DNA of 64,000 nt from Mobula hypostoma. Its lineage: Eukaryota. Location: NCBI RefSeq assembly GCF_963921235.1, contig NC_086097.1:64172001-64236000 (forward strand). The letters are read 5' to 3'. Position 1 is the first letter of the stretch. The number at the start of each line of letters is the position of its first letter. Position numbers and translations under genes: made by a program. Below are positions 47,595-62,050 of this stretch, one piece after another. The notes under the pieces are model-generated. The model worked only from the letters and a program-made list of their open reading frames with translations, did no database searches and was not told the DNA's origin.

Positions 47595-50500
47595 ACAGGA
47601 CTGATGTCTAGTGAGGCTCTATGGGTAGAACTGAGGAATAAGAAAGATATGGCCACACTAACAGTCTGCAGGATTTAGAGGAGCAAATTTGTGGAGAGAT
47701 CATAAGCTGTTACAAGAAACACAGAGATGTGATAGCAGGTGACTTTAACCTTCCACATATGACTAGGACTCCAATACTACAAAAGGGCTTGATGGGAAAG
47801 AGTTGTCAAATGTGTTTAGGGAAGTTTCCTTAATCAGTACATAGAAGTCCAAACTATGGAGTGTGATACTAGATCTCCTCTTAGGAAATGAGACAGGGCA
47901 GGTGACAGAAATTTGTGATGGAGAACTTTTTGCATCCAGTGGTCATAATGCCATTAGTTTCAAAGTAAATATGCAAAAAGATAGGCCTGGTCCCCGGAAG
48001 ATTTTCTCAATTGGAGAAAGGCCAATTCTGATGGTATCATAAAGGATCTGGCAAATCTGGATTGGGCTCGGTTGTTTTCTGGCAAAGCTGTACTTGGTAA
48101 GTGGGAGGCCTTCAAAAGTTAAATTTTGAAGAGTACAGAGTTTGCATGTTCCTGTCAGAATAAAAGGCAAGGATAATAGGTTCAGGGAACCTTGGTGTTT
48201 GAGAGATATTGAGGCCCTTGTTAAGAAAAAGGAGGTGCCTAGCAGGTAGGAACAAATTAAGTACTTGAGTAGTACAAGAAATGCAAGAGAATGTTTCAGA
48301 AAGAAATCAGGAGGGCTAAAAGGTGGCACAAGGTTGCTCTAACAGTCAAGGTGAAGGAGAATCCTTGGGGCTTCTACAGGTATAGTAACAGCAAAAGAAT
48401 AGCAAGGGATAAAATTGGTCTTCTGGGAGATCAGAGTGGTAAACTGTGTGGAGCTGAAAATGCACTTTTTGCATATGTATTTACTCAGGAGAGACAGAGT
48501 CTATAGAAGTAAGGCAAAGGAGCAGTGAGGTCATGGACCCTATACAGATTACAGGTTTGCTGCCTTGAGGCAAATTAGGATGGATAAATCCCAGGCCCTG
48601 ACAAAGTGTTCCCTCGGACACCATGGGAGGCTAGTGCAGAAATTGCAGGGACACTAGAAGAGACGTTCAAAACACCCTCGGCCACAGATAAGGTGCCGGA
48701 GGGTAGCTAACATTGCTCCGTTGTTTAAGAAAGGCTCAAAGAATAAACTAGGGAATTAAAGGCCAGTGAACCTGACATCAGTAATAGGAAAGTTATTGGA
48801 AAGTATTATAAGGGACGGGGTATATAAGTATTTGGATAGAGGATTGATCAGGGATAATCAACATGGCTTTTTGCATAGTAGGTCATGTCTAACCGAGCTT
48901 TTAGAGTTTTGAGGAAATCACTGGAAAGGTTGATGAAGACAAGGCAGTGGATGTTGTCTACATGGACTTTCACAAGGTCCCACATGGGAGGTTGGTCAAA
49001 AATGTTTAGTCACTGGCATTCAGGATCAGATAGTAAATTGGAAGATACTGGCTTCGCAGGAGAAGCCAGAGAGTGGTAGTATATGATAAATGAGCGAGAT
49101 TCTGTTGATGCTGGAAATGCAGAGCAAGACACACAAAATGCTGAAGGAACTCAGCAGGTAAGGGAACATCCATGGAAATGGATAGACCGTCAATGTTTCA
49201 GGCCAAGACCTTTCTTCAGGACTGGAAAGCAAGGGGAAAAGACTACAGAATAAAAAGGTGAGGGGAGGGGAATGAGGACCAGTGAGAAGATGATAGGTGA
49301 AGCCAGGTGGATGGGAAAGGTAAAGGGTTGGAGAAGAAGAAATCTAATAGGAGAGGAGGGTGGACCTTGGGAGAAAGAGAAGTTGGAGGGCCACTAGGAG
49401 GTGATATGCAGGTGAAAAGAGGCAAGAAGCCAGAGTGAGGAATAGAAGGAGAGAAGCAGGAGATAATTTTTCTTTTAGATAGGAGAAATGGATATTCATG
49501 CCATCAGGTTGGAGGCTACCTAAAATATTAGGTGTTGCTTTTCCACCCTGAGAGTGGCCTCATCATGGCAAAAGAGGTTTTGATGAACTGACATGTTAGA
49601 ATGGGAATGGGAATAGTAATTAAAATGTTTAGCCACTGAGAAATTACACTTTTGTAGGATGGACAAGAGGTGCTCGACAAAGCCGTCCCTCAATTTACGT
49701 CGGGTTTCACCAACGCAGTGGCTGCACCAGGAGCTCCAAATACAATAGATGATACCAATGGATTTGCAGTTGAAGTGTTGCCTCACTTGGAAGGACTGTT
49801 TGGAGCCATGAAGGTAAAGGAGGAGGTGGTAAATGGGCAAGTGTAGCATATCTGTAACTTGCAGGGATATGTGTCAGGAGGGAAAATAGTTGGCAGGGAC
49901 GAATGGACAAGGGAATCATGGAGGGAGTGATCCCTGCAGAAAGTGAGGGAGGAGCTACGTTTAGTGGAAGAATCCTAATGAAGAAAAAGAAAGTTGTGGA
50001 GAATGATGCGTTTGATGTGGAAGCTTGTGGGGAGGTAGGTGAGGACAAGAGGAATATCTCTGTAAAGGTGGTGGGAAGATGGAGTGAGGGCAGAAGTCTG
50101 GGAAGTGGAGGAGATTCAAGTGAGGGCAGCATCAATGGTGGAGAAAAGGAAACTCCATTCTTTGAAGGAGGACATTTCATGTCCTGGAAAGGAACGCCTC
50201 AAACAAGGATAGAGTTCTTGTTCTTACCGACCACCCTAAGTCTCCGCATCCAACACATCATACTCTGCAACTTCCACCGTCTTCAACGGCATCCTACAAA
50301 CAAACACATTTTACCTCCCTCCTCCCACTCTCTGCTTTTCATAGGGATTGATTCTTCCGTGATTGTCTTGTTCATTTGTCCTCCCCACTAATTTCCCTTC
50401 TGGCACATGTCCACGCAAATGACAGATACACTACACTTGCCCATTTACCTCCATACAGGGCCCCAAACAATCCTTCCAGGTGAGGCAACATTTCACCTAC

Positions 50501-52130
50501 AAATCTATTGGGGTCGTCTATTGTATCTGGTGTTCCTGATTTGGCCTCTTCTACATTGATGAGACCCAGTGTAAATTAGCAGACTGATTTGTTGAGCGCC
50601 TCCAGACTGGTTGCCAGAAGAGGAATTTCCTGGTGGCCAAACATTTTAATTTCCATTTCGACACGTTGGACCATTAAGGCCACTGTCAGGGTATGAGGAG
50701 CAACATATCATATTCCATCTAAGTAGCCTGCAACCTGATAGCATGAACATCCAATTCTCCTTCTGGTAAAAAAAAATCCCTCCCCCTATTCTCTTCTTGT
50801 ATTCCCCACTCTGGCCGCTAATATCTTCGCCTCACCTGCCTAATACCTCCCCCTGGAGCCTCTCCTTCCCTTTCTCCCATGGTCCACTCTCCTCACCTAC
50901 CAAATTCCTTCTTCTCCAGCCCTTTACCTTTCCAACCAACCTGCCTTCACCTATCAACTTCTAGCTGATCCTCCTTACCCAGCTCCCCACCTTTTTATTC
51001 TGGCATCTTCCTCCTTTCTTTCCAATCCTGAAGATGGGTCTTAGCTGGAAACATTGACTATTTATTCAGTTCCAAAAATGCTGCCTGACCTGCAGACATC
51101 CCCCAGCATTTTGTATGGGTTGCAGTGGTAACAGTTAGTTGCCTCTGATTGGATGCCTGTGACTTTAATTGTGTGCCACAGGGATCACTGGGTCCATTGT
51201 TGTCTGTCATCTATATCAACAATCCCGATGATAATATGATAAATTCAATTAGCAAATTTGCAGATGACACCAAGACTGGGGGTATACTGGACAGTGAAGA
51301 CCATCAAAGCTTGTTGTGGGATCTGGACCAGCTGGATAAATGAGCTGCAATAGAGCAAATGCAAGTTAATGCAGACAAATGTGAGATGTTGTACTTTGGG
51401 AGGACTAATTAGGGTAGGTCTTACATGATGAGCACGAAGGCAATGACGACTGTGGTAGAACAGAGGGATCTGGGAATGTAGATCCATAATTTCCTGAAAG
51501 TGGTGTCACAGGTTAGATAAGATCTTAAAAGATACATTCATAGATCAATGTATTGAGTTCAGGAGTTGGGAGGTTATGTTGAAATCATATAAGACGTTTG
51601 TGAGGAGTAATTTGGAGTATTGTGTCCAGGTTTGGTCACCCTTCTACAGGAAAGATGTAAATAAGATTGAAAGAGTGCAGAGAAAATTTACAAGGATGTT
51701 GCTCGCACTTGAGGATCCATGTTATAGGAAAAGGCTGAATAGGTTCAGACTATATTCCCTAGTACATAGAAGATTGAGGGGAGGTTTAATACACACAAAC
51801 AAAATTATGAGGGGTATAGAAAGGTAAATGCAAGCGAGCTTTTTCCAGTGAGTGTGGGTGAGACTACAACTAGAGGTCATGGGTGAAGGGTGAACTGTTT
51901 AAGGGGAACTTCTACACTCAGAGGGTGGTGAGAGAGTGGAATGAGCTGCCAGCACAAGTGGTGAATGTGGGTTCAATTTCAACATTCAGGAGGAATTTGC
52001 ATAGGTACGTGAATGGGAGTTGTATGGAGGGTTATGGTAGGGGTACAGGTTAATGGGGCTAGACTGATTAAAGGAGCAGCATGAGGCTGAAGGCTCTATT
52101 TCTGTACTGTAGTGTTCTATGACTCTATGA
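47595..52130 (+). mobile_element. Decayed CR1 ORF2 plus 3' UTR, split by a Penelope insertion
   Basis: Endonuclease remnant (GDFNLP), RT (VPQGSLGPLL, KFADDTK, LEYCVQVWSP) and TTCTATGACTCTATGA tail. Confidence 0.9.
49090..51123. mobile_element. Inverted (head-to-head) pair of Penelope-like fragments
   Basis: The minus arm (~49090-50195) encodes GIY-YIG-like KQSFQVRQHF..IIYCI..VGETRRKL..FVEH..VAKHFN. The plus arm (~50200-51123) repeats that region. Both end outward in the hammerhead-bearing tail. Confidence 0.88.
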
Positions 52131-52454
52131 ATAATCTATATTCCTATGTGAAAACTCTTCAATGACGAAGTGCTCAAAGTTACAAAATTTAATTAAATAG
52201 TAAACATGAACAGAGCCTTTCTGCAAATTGCTATTTGGCTAAAACATCAATGAAAGGGAACATAAATTGCAGGCAGCTGAAGCCATCAAATGCTAAATAA
52301 AATTCCAGAACAAATTATTTTAATCTCGGAATAAATTATATAGCAATAATGCTGAAAAATAAGCGATGCATTCTATCTAAATAAAGAGAACCCATTCACA
52401 AATGCTGTTATCTTTGAAAAGATTCATTTTTCTAAATTGAAGTAGAACCAATAA

Positions 52455-53035
52455 AAGTATATAAGGGCAAGGATGTAATGCTGAGGCTTTATAAGGCATT
52501 GGTCAGAATGCACTTAGAACAGTTTTGGGCCAATAAAAGATATGCTGGCATTGGGGAAGGTCCAGAGGAGGTTCACGCAAAAGATTCCGGGAATGAAAGG
52601 GTAAATGTATGAGGAGCATGTGATGGCTCTGGGCCAGTATTTACTCTAGTTTAGAAGAACGAGAGAGGATCTCATTGAAACCTGTCGAATATTGAAACAC
52701 CTAGATAGAATGGATGTAGGGAGGTTATTTCTTATAGTGGGTGAGTAACAGAATAGAGGGTACAGCCTCAGAATGGAGGGACATCCATTTAGAACAGAGA
52801 TGAGGAGGAATTTCTTTAGCCAAAAGTTAATGAAGCTGCCACAGGCTGCTGTGGAGGCCAAATCATTAAGTATATTTAAATTGGAGGTTGATAGGTTCTT
52901 GATTAGCCAGCAGGAGAAAGGTTATGAGGAGAAGGCAGGAGAATGGGGTCAAGAGGGATAATAAATCAGCCAGGGAGAGAAGAATTGACAGGCTGAATGG
53001 CCTCATTCTGCTCCTATGTCTTATGGTCTTATGTT
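52455..53035 (+). mobile_element. CR1 LINE 3' fragment
   Basis: EGHPFRTEMRRNFFSQ and TGTCTTATGGTCTTATG tail. Confidence 0.9.
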
Positions 53036-54369
53036 TTAAAAGTGATGTCCCTTCAACTCTACCCCTTCTGAAATTATAGGCGTTAAAAACAGCAAGTTAA
53101 ACATTATTGGAATAATTTATACTGTAGATATGCAAAGATGTTCATACTACTATACCAGAATTCTCTGAGAAGGATGTCAAAAGAAATAATATTGAATCTC
53201 CAAATGGTAAAATATACACATTTAAAATATTTATATATTTGTAATATAGGTGCTAACTGTTATTTAAATGGCACAAATATTAAAATAAATGGCTGTTTCA
53301 AATATAATTACAACTTGTGGTTTTGTTTGATATCTACAGGCAAACTCTTTCTAAACAAATTAAGTTGCAAGCAGTGAAATACAGTCTTTAATTACTATTG
53401 CCATTTCTTCTATCTGAAGCATTTAGAATTATGAAAGACCAAGCTGGGCTACACTGTATGAAGATTCATTTCCTTTTATTACTGAGTATGCAGTTCATGG
53501 GTAGATAATGCAGAACGTGAGGTTATGGATGCTACTGAACATTAATTCTTTAATATAACTCATCACAGTAGTCAAAGTATAACTTCAGCACCATCACAGA
53601 ACACATAAATTGTTGAATCTCAGTATTTACCATATTTGATAGAATGAGATCTGTGATTTAGCAAAAAAAGGTAACTATATTAACCAAGATAGTTAAAATA
53701 CAACACAGTCTGGTTATAATGTGGGTTAATTAAGAATTAGGCAGAACACCCGGTACTACTTTAACATAATTTGTGAGTTGCCTGATGACCAGAAATATAT
53801 GACAGACACTAAAGCACTGCAGTCACAGACTGTTAATAGTTGGCGAAGTCAGCTTAAAGGAGTACTGTGTATGATTTCTTTCAAATATGGCAGTTGCCTT
53901 AGTAAACTGCATCACCTTCCAAGGAGACTTGATATAGTGGATGTGCAGAACATGTTTTCTCTTGTGGGAGAATAGAGAACTAGGGGTCATTGTTTAAAGA
54001 TAGAGGTTTGACCATTTAAGCCAGACACGTGATGACGTTTTCTCAAAAAATCATGAAATTATGGAATTCTCATCAAAAGATGGTGAAAAGAGAGTATTTG
54101 AATTTTTTAAGATTGAGGTAGATAGATTTTTAAAAATATAAGTACACAGTTGTTTTGCTACAGGAAATGCTACCGAGCTATTTAACAATCAGGACAAATT
54201 AAACAAAACCGTTTAAGCAACAAAATAGCATATTCATACTTCAAAGTTCACACAATCCACATCACTAGAGATCAACTAATAATGAAAATGCATGTTTTCA
54301 AGTGATGCAGCAACTCTAAGTAGTGAGCTGTCAGCTATCACACTATTTGATTTTTTTTTTGCATAAGTT

Positions 54370-54712
54370 CATTCATTCGTCATGAGCCATGCCGTATGAC
54401 ACAGGTGATCATGGTCTTTCCATGACCATGATTGTTCTTGGCAAATTTTTCTACACGAGTGCTTTGCCTTCTTCTAGGCAGTGTCTTTACAAGACACCAC
54501 GGTGACCCCAGCCATGACCAATGCTCTTCAGAGATTGCCAGCCTGGTGTCAGTGGTCGGGTAACCAAGAGTTGTGATAGGCACCAGCTGCTCATATGACC
54601 ATCCACCACCACCTGCTCTCATGGCTTCATATGACCTGCTCCACCTTGCCCAAAGGTGACCTGTTGGCTAGCAGAGGGAAGGAGCACCTTACACCTCATT
54701 TGGAGGAGACAT
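54370..54712 (-). mobile_element. RTE-associated SINE-like element
   Basis: Minus strand ...GTAGAAAAATTTGCCAAGAACAATCATGGTCATGG... ending in (GAAT)n. Assignment is from recall. Confidence 0.55.
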
Positions 54713-55619
54713 ATGGCACAAGTACATAACAAAAATCTATAGTAATCTTCTGTCCACTAAATTTAAAGGATAATGTTACAAGAAGTTCCAGGGTAGTCAA
54801 GAATGTGGATTGAGGTCACAATGAGAACAGCCATTAAACGATGGAGAATTTACAGGATCTAAGTGGCCCACTCCTGTTCTTAATTCAAATGCTTGCATAC
54901 AGCACTGCTCAAGTAAATTTTACATGATATATAAAATGTAGAGAAAAAGAGGTAGATATTCACAACTCATTCTTGATGCCTTCCTTCTGATCCTGAAGCA
55001 AACATTTCAGTATAACATACTGTATATCTTATTTTTCAGTAACTAAAATTTGAAATATTTTGACCACTTTCAAGACAGGCTGTAAAGTACAAAGGCAAAT
55101 AGATTTAGAAACAGAATCAGGTTTACTATCACGAACATAATGTATGTCATGAAATCCATTGTTTTGCGACAGCAAGATATAAAAATAAATAAAAGTGCAA
55201 AAGACGAATAACAACTTTTGAATCTTTAAACTGACTCTAACACAAAATTCTTCCAACCATATAAAAATAAAGACAAATTCGCAATTCACCTAGGTCAAAT
55301 TAAAGTTTACACTCTTTTTGTTTAAAATGCTAAATACAACTTAACAATATATGTCAGAAGACAAACATTAGAAGACTGAACTGAGCAGCCTCTGAACAGA
55401 ATCGGGGATGGCAATGAATAAACCAAACCATGCTCATGCTTCTAAAGCAGTCAGCAATGACAATACTTTGCTGCCTGCTTATTTACACATACATGCTGTT
55501 TACTGGCTTCTCACCTCAGGAGATAATCAATACAGGATAAATTAAAAGTCAGCCTGCAGTAGGTAAAAGCAGCACTATTTTGTGCAGGGGGGGGGGTTGG
55601 TATGGCACTATTTGACCCC

Positions 55620-55990
55620 AATAGACCATTAAACATAGGAACAGAACTTGACCAATTGGCCCATTGAGTCCACTCTGCCATTCAATCATAGCTCATTTAC
55701 TTTTCCCCTCAACCCCATTCTCCAGTCTTTTCCCTGTAACTTTTGACGCCCTTACAAATCAAGAATCTATTAACCTCCGCTTTAAATATACCCAATGTCT
55801 TGACCTCTACAGCTGTCTGTAGCAATACATTCCACAGATACACCACCGCCTGCCTAAAGAAATTCCTCCTCATCTCTGTTCTAAAGAGACATCCTTCTGT
55901 ACTGAGACTGTGCCCTCTCCTCCTAGACTCCCTGACTTTTGGAAATATCCTCTCCACGTTCACCCTATCTAGGTCTTTCAATATTCGATT
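55620..55990 (-). mobile_element. CR1 LINE 3' fragment
   Basis: ORF 55709-55981 contains FRTEMRRNFF..GIFKAEV..GEWG. Confidence 0.9.
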
Positions 55991-56029
55991 ATTGTCACCT
56001 AACTAATGGAGAAATTATTTACTTATTTT

Positions 56030-56262
56030 TATTTTATTTAGCGATTCAGCATAGTAACAGACTCTTCCAGCCCAAGAAACCCGAGCTGCTGAATTACATC
56101 CATGTGATTAATAAATCTATTAATCTGGAGATATTTGGATGTGGGAGGAAACCTGAGCACCTGGAGTCAACCCACGGGGACACAGGGAGAAGTACAAACT
56201 CCTTACAGTCAGTGGCAGAATCGTACCCATGTCACTGGCACTGTCATAGTGTTATGCTACCT
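56030..56262 (-). mobile_element. HE1-like V-SINE
   Basis: GGATGTGGGAGGAAACCTGAGCACCTGGAG..ACCCACG..GGGAGAAGTACAAAC is the reverse complement of the core at ~28795-28860. Confidence 0.7.
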
Positions 56263-59200
56263 GAATAATGAAACAGAAAGCTGACTTCCAGATGTACTAT
56301 ATGTTATAAAGCTGAAAAAATGCCAAATGATACTGTTTATGGTAAAAATTCAAGGACAAAAATAAAAGTGAAAACCGTGCTTTTTAGAAAGTAGAGTAAG
56401 TGGATCACACAAAGATTCCAAACCAAAAATATGACACTAACAAATAGGATGAATCGCTGCTAACATTATAATCTAGTTCATGATCAGGAGCTGGCTATTC
56501 AGCTATGAGAACTTGGTATGCTATTCAGGGCCAAGCCCTTGCCTTGATACTATAATCCCAACCAAAGAAAATCATCTCTTCATTCACCCTGTCAAGCCCC
56601 ATACCTTACTGGACCTCCCTCAACACAGGCCCCTACAAGAGTGCCATAACCTTAACCTGGCCAGCACGAAGACAGCTTTTCCAGCCTCCACTGGATTCCT
56701 GTGATTTGTCACTTCCTCCACCGACTTCTGGGTTTCATCTCAGGAGTTTGAAAGGCACCATGCAAGGCTGTTGGCTCTTCAATTCCAACCAATCCTTCCA
56801 GAGCAAGATAGAGCCAATCTTGTGCAATGTCATGCATTAGCCAGAAGACCATTCCGGCCTTAATCTACAGACTGTAACTTTGGCAACAGTGCTCAAAGTG
56901 GCAACCTATCCTTGGGCAGATTACAGACACACTTCAAAAGATTGTCTGTGACTCTGTGAAATATAAACCTCTCGCCTTTCTTTGGCTGGCAGTTTTTGCG
57001 ACTTTTGCTTTTGGCCTGCCCACCTGCAAGCTCAGACACCTGAGTACATTATAAAGCTGGGCTGCCTAGCTCTAGAGCTATCAAAGTTATCAAGTCTAAC
57101 TGCAGTTTTTTAAAAAGAAAACAACTCCTTTCATTGAAAGTTAAATCTGTTGACAGCCATACTGCAGTCACAAATTTGAGAAGACGAGGGTCTAGTTAAA
57201 GCAGTCCACACAGAAACCAACATAATAGGTAGCACTATGAAAGAGCTTCAGCATAGCAACCATGGGGATCAAAACCAATATGCTTAATACTCTTATCCTG
57301 GAAAGTATGAAGGTATTTAAAACCACCAAGAGTTTATAAGCGTTTAAAATACCTTGTGAAGTAGACAGAAAATCTATTCCCTCTGGCAGACAGATCAAGA
57401 ATTAGAAGAAATAAATTAAAGGTGACTGGCAAACAACCAAAATTGTTGCATTAATGCGACAAGTAACTGAAATCTGGAAAGTACTGCCAGAGGGAGCAGT
57501 TTCAATCATTAACCTCAAATGGTGAACTGAAAAAGTACTTGGAGAAAAAAAATGCTGCATGTTGGAGAGGACAGGGAATTGGAACTAGCACAATTGCCTT
57601 TGTATAGATTTCCTTATCCCCATTATTGCTTTCCCTTCCAGATAACATCAGAGTAAAAAAAAAATGCAAAATTCATCTGCAGCAACTTCACTTGTTTGAA
57701 AAATAATTACTTACAACAACCAGCTAACTTTTCTCCCCCTGAAACTCTGCTATATAAAATGTGTAACATTCAAGCTGCATTGATTGTCTTCACTGAGAGC
57801 TCTGATGTTCCGCCCTCAAATACAGGTTCTCATTTGCTTTGTTCATAAAATTTATCGTTATGATCTCTCTCTCTTTCATAGTCTCAGGATTGTTATAGGA
57901 TGTTGATCTCTGCTACATTTCAATGTTCTGTTTTCCATTTTTCAATGTTATTCTGTTTAAGAGACTGTACCTACTTTTCATTTAGAAAAGAGGAACACAC
58001 ATTGGTTGTTCCTGCACTGCAGGGTTCTTTACAGGGGAAGCATTCAGAGATTTCACTCTATGGCAACCACCTTCCAAGAGTGCTTCTAAAGAGTGTCCCT
58101 ACTCAAAGATGATGTCCCAGATGGGCACGATTTTTCCACTAGCCCATCTAGGTCACTCTGACCTCTGAGGATCGCCACCCTACTTCCTCCCATCACTGTA
58201 GCATTCATTTAGTAACAATATTCAATGCACCGATAAGCGTTTACAATACCTTGCAAAGTTGGCTGCAAAGGTAACATCTGCTGAACATGCTGACAACTGC
58301 AGGGAGTTGCAACACATCAGTATGGAACATCATGCTGAAATGAATGTCAATTTCAGCACTGAATTACACATAGAGATCTTGCATTTGAAGTCCTTGGTCT
58401 TTATACCACATACACAAAAAGGATAACCCACAATGCTGTTTTAGCATTCAAAGCACTACAAAGCAATTTAACTGTATTTAGATTGGCTGTTTCTATCAGG
58501 ATTTTTCATAGCTGTTTCACTTGGCACAATGTATTGTCCCATTTAAAAAGAAATCAAGGATGTCAGTACAAAGGAAACAATAGTGCCTTCTCCAAGTTAG
58601 ATAGAAAAACTGAAAGCTAGCTACATTCCTTTCTCAAATCCTCAATATGAACTTTTATTTTGGGAAGAAAAGAAATCAATTTGTCCACACTTCTGAAGTT
58701 GCTTTGGGGATGTTCCAGATACCCTTTTACTAAAAACATGTGCACTTGTTAGCAAACAGTTCATAACAATTGAGCAACCCTTTTCAGTCTTGGAAATATA
58801 AAAATGACAACTTCCAGAAAATTCTTAGCATCAACAAATATTTTGCTAATATTCAAAGTATTAGTATTCAAAGGAAAAAAAAGTACATCAGAAACTACAA
58901 CAAAATGAATTAAATACGTCCAAATTGCTAGAAAGCAACTCTGAAAATAAACAATTAAACAAAAGGTTTCCAACGCATCAAGTCATAACCCAAAATTGAA
59001 AACAATATTATTGCTCAACCTTGCTCTTAAATAAAGCTTTTTAAATATACAAAGATTCTGCAATACAAAAAAATCACAATGTTCTAATTAGTATTATTTG
59101 ATGAAAATGTACTTTAATTTATCAAATTACTATGGAAACTGGATCCCAATGCTACCATTGATCAAACAGGAAAGGTGGGTCACTAGATCTTCTCAAGGTG

Positions 59201-59779
59201 CTGGACTGTTTGAGAAGCTATCCATACAAAACAACTCAACAGCAGCTAAATAGATCATTGCTGTCATTTTACTTGAGTTCAGTGAAAAAATGCTAAGCTG
59301 CAAGGTTTCATTGTATAAATTAAGATGAGTTAAAGCCAAGTAGGGCAATGACCCAAGCTTCCTATCACACTAAACCATATGCCAGACCATTCATCGTTGA
59401 TACTTTACGAAATCAGAGGCCATGGTTTCCGTGTGAAAATTCCACTTCACATACCTGCTGTGCACTGAGCTGCTTGTCTGGGAACATGTTTGACAATATT
59501 GCCTTTTCACAATTAGTACGAACAGATGGATGGTAACAAATGTGGCTTGGCAACTGAAAATTATTAAAATTTAATAGCCTGCACGTTAAAACCAAAGATA
59601 GAAATTTAAAGGAAGAAAATGGTAGCTGAACCAGTTATCATTTCTTTTCAACACTGGAGAATGATGGGGGCTGGTGAAGGGAGAATCAAAGCTGATGAAA
59701 AGAGAAATGTTTATTGAACCTTTCACTGGTCTAATGCTAAACTGAGTGATTCCGTGAACAGTATTTGATTTCTTCACAA

Positions 59780-61500
59780 CAACACAGACACAAAATGCTG
59801 AAGGAACACAGCAGGTCAGGCAGCATCTATGGAAATAAATGAATAGTTGATGTTTCAGGCCAAGACACTTCAGGACTGGAAAAGAAGGAGAAAGACAACA
59901 GAATGAAAAGGTACGGGAAAGGGATAACTACAATGTGATATGTTCTAGTTAGGTGGGTAGGAAAGGTGAAGGGCTGGAGAAGAAGCAATTTGTTAGAAGA
60001 GAAGAATGGGCCATAGGAGAAAGGGAAGGAGTAGGGGACTAAGAAGGCGGGTGAGAAGCAGCAAGGGGCCAGAGTAGGGAACAGAAGACAAGGGTAGGGG
60101 GAAGGAATTTTCTCTTAACCGGAAGGAGATAGTAATATTTATGCCATGAGTTTGGAGACCACCCAGGCGGAATATAAGGTGTTGCTCCTCCACCCTGAGG
60201 GTGGTCTCTTTAGGCCATGGGCTGACATATTTGAATGGGAATTGGAATTATGATGTCTGGCTACTGCGAAGTTCCACTTTTGGCGGATGGTGCAGAGGTG
60301 CTCAACGAAGCAATCCCCAATTTATGACGCGTCTCTCCATTGTAGAGGAGATCACATTGGGAGCACTGGACACAGAGGTGGCCCTAGCAAATCCGCAGGT
60401 GAAATGTTGCCTCACCTGGAAGGACTGCTTGGGGCCCTGAATGGTGATGAATGGGCAGGTGTAGCACTTCAGCCGCTTGCAGGTACAAGTGCTGGGAAGA
60501 AGATTAGTGGAGAGGGGAGAATGGACAAGGTAATCACAGAGGGAGCGATCCCTGCGAAAGCTGGGGCGGGGGGGTTGGTTAGTTGGTAAAGATACGTTTA
60601 TGGTAGGATCCCTTTGGAGATGGCGGGACTTGTGGAGAATGATGTGTTGGATGAGAAAGCTCATTGGATGGTAGGTAAGGCCAAGAAGAACTCTATCACT
60701 GTTATGACAGCGGGAAGGTAGGGCGAGTGTGAATGTTCTGGAAATGGAGGACATGCAGGTGAGGGCAGCATCAATGGTGGAAGGAGGGGGAAGACACCTC
60801 TGATGTCCTGGAAAGAAAAGCCACACCCTGGGAACAGATGAGGTGGAGATGAAGGAACTGAGAAAAGGGAGAAGTATTTTTACGGGAGACAGGGTGGAAA
60901 GAGGTATAGTCAGAAAACAATGAAATTGGTAGGTTTATAACAGATGTTGTTCAACAGTTTGTCTCCAGAGATGGAGACACAGAGACTGAGAAAGGGGAGG
61001 GAGGTATCAGAAGTAGACCAAGTAAATTTAAGGGCAGGGCGGAAGTTGGAAGTAAAGTTGATGAAATTGACAAGCTCAGCATTGGTGTATTGCACAGCAT
61101 TAGGGTGTCAACGCAGTGAAGGAAGAGTTGGACAGCATTACCGGGAAAGGCATGGAATATGGACTATTTAACTTATCTATGCTTGTTTCTTCATTGGTTA
61201 AGGCCTATGTGGATGCCCATGGCTTCCCCTCCAGTCTGGAGAAAGTGAGAGGAGCCAAATGAAAAATTGATGAAGGTGACGACCAGTTCTGCCAGATGGA
61301 GCAGGCTGGCGGTGGAGAACTGGTTGGTTCTTTTATTGAGAAAGAAGCATATAGAGTCTGGACATTTATGGCGAAAATGAGGGGATCAGGTTGGATGTAG
61401 GTGTGAAGGGACTGAACAAAGGGGTGTTCACAATGGTCCTACCCGGAGAGTCAGGTTTGTGGATCTGGAGTAGGAGGTAGAAACGAGCAGTGCAGGATAA
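59780..61500 (-). mobile_element. Penelope-like element, RT C-terminus plus GIY-YIG plus tail, decayed
   Basis: FINFTSNFRPALKFTW..SLPFL..YKPT (RT), CKRLKCYTCP..GPKQSFQVRQHFTC, EEQHLIFRLG.LQ..GINI, and the tail at ~59780-59900. Confidence 0.88.
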
Positions 61501-61569
61501 GTGAATTCCTTCAGTACATACAATACTTTAAAATTCATTTTTCAAACCTGAGTGTTAATGGTAAACCAG

Positions 61570-62050
61570 CATTTATTACTCATCCTTCACCTCCATCAAG
61601 AGGCGTTGGTGAATCACTGCAGCCACTGGTGAGAGTATGGTCACAATTCTGTTAATGATGGAGTTCCAGGATTCAGACTCAACAACGACAAAAGAACATT
61701 GAGGTCCTTCTTTTGTGAGAGAAATCTCAAGATTGTTGATAAGTAACTGCAGTGCACTTTGTATATGGCAACCACTGCATGCCAGCGGTGGATGGGATAA
61801 CAACGAAATGGGAAGATTTGCCCTGGATATTGTCAAGCTATTGAAGCATACCCACTTGGACACAGGAGAGCATTCCATTATATTTCTGATTTGTGTATCA
61901 CACGATGGAAAGGCTTTGATATGTCTAGTTTTAAATTACTCTCCGGAGGATACACAGTCTTTTCCCTGCTTATGGTTTTTGAGGCTGGTCCACTGGAGTT
62001 TCTGTTCAGTGGTGACCTGCATGAAATTAATGGTAGATACTTGAGAAGGT
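61570..62050 (-). mobile_element. Very old LINE RT remnant related to 30610-32410
   Basis: Shares ACAGAAACTCCAGTGGACCAGCC, CACAAATCAG and ACTGCAGTTACT-like blocks with 31480-32145. Confidence 0.6.

Noticed and set aside
53584..53600. Second RE1 site TTCAGCACCATCACAG
   Set aside because: The left half is perfect but the GGACAG right half is missing; the same applies to TCAGCACC at ~1529.
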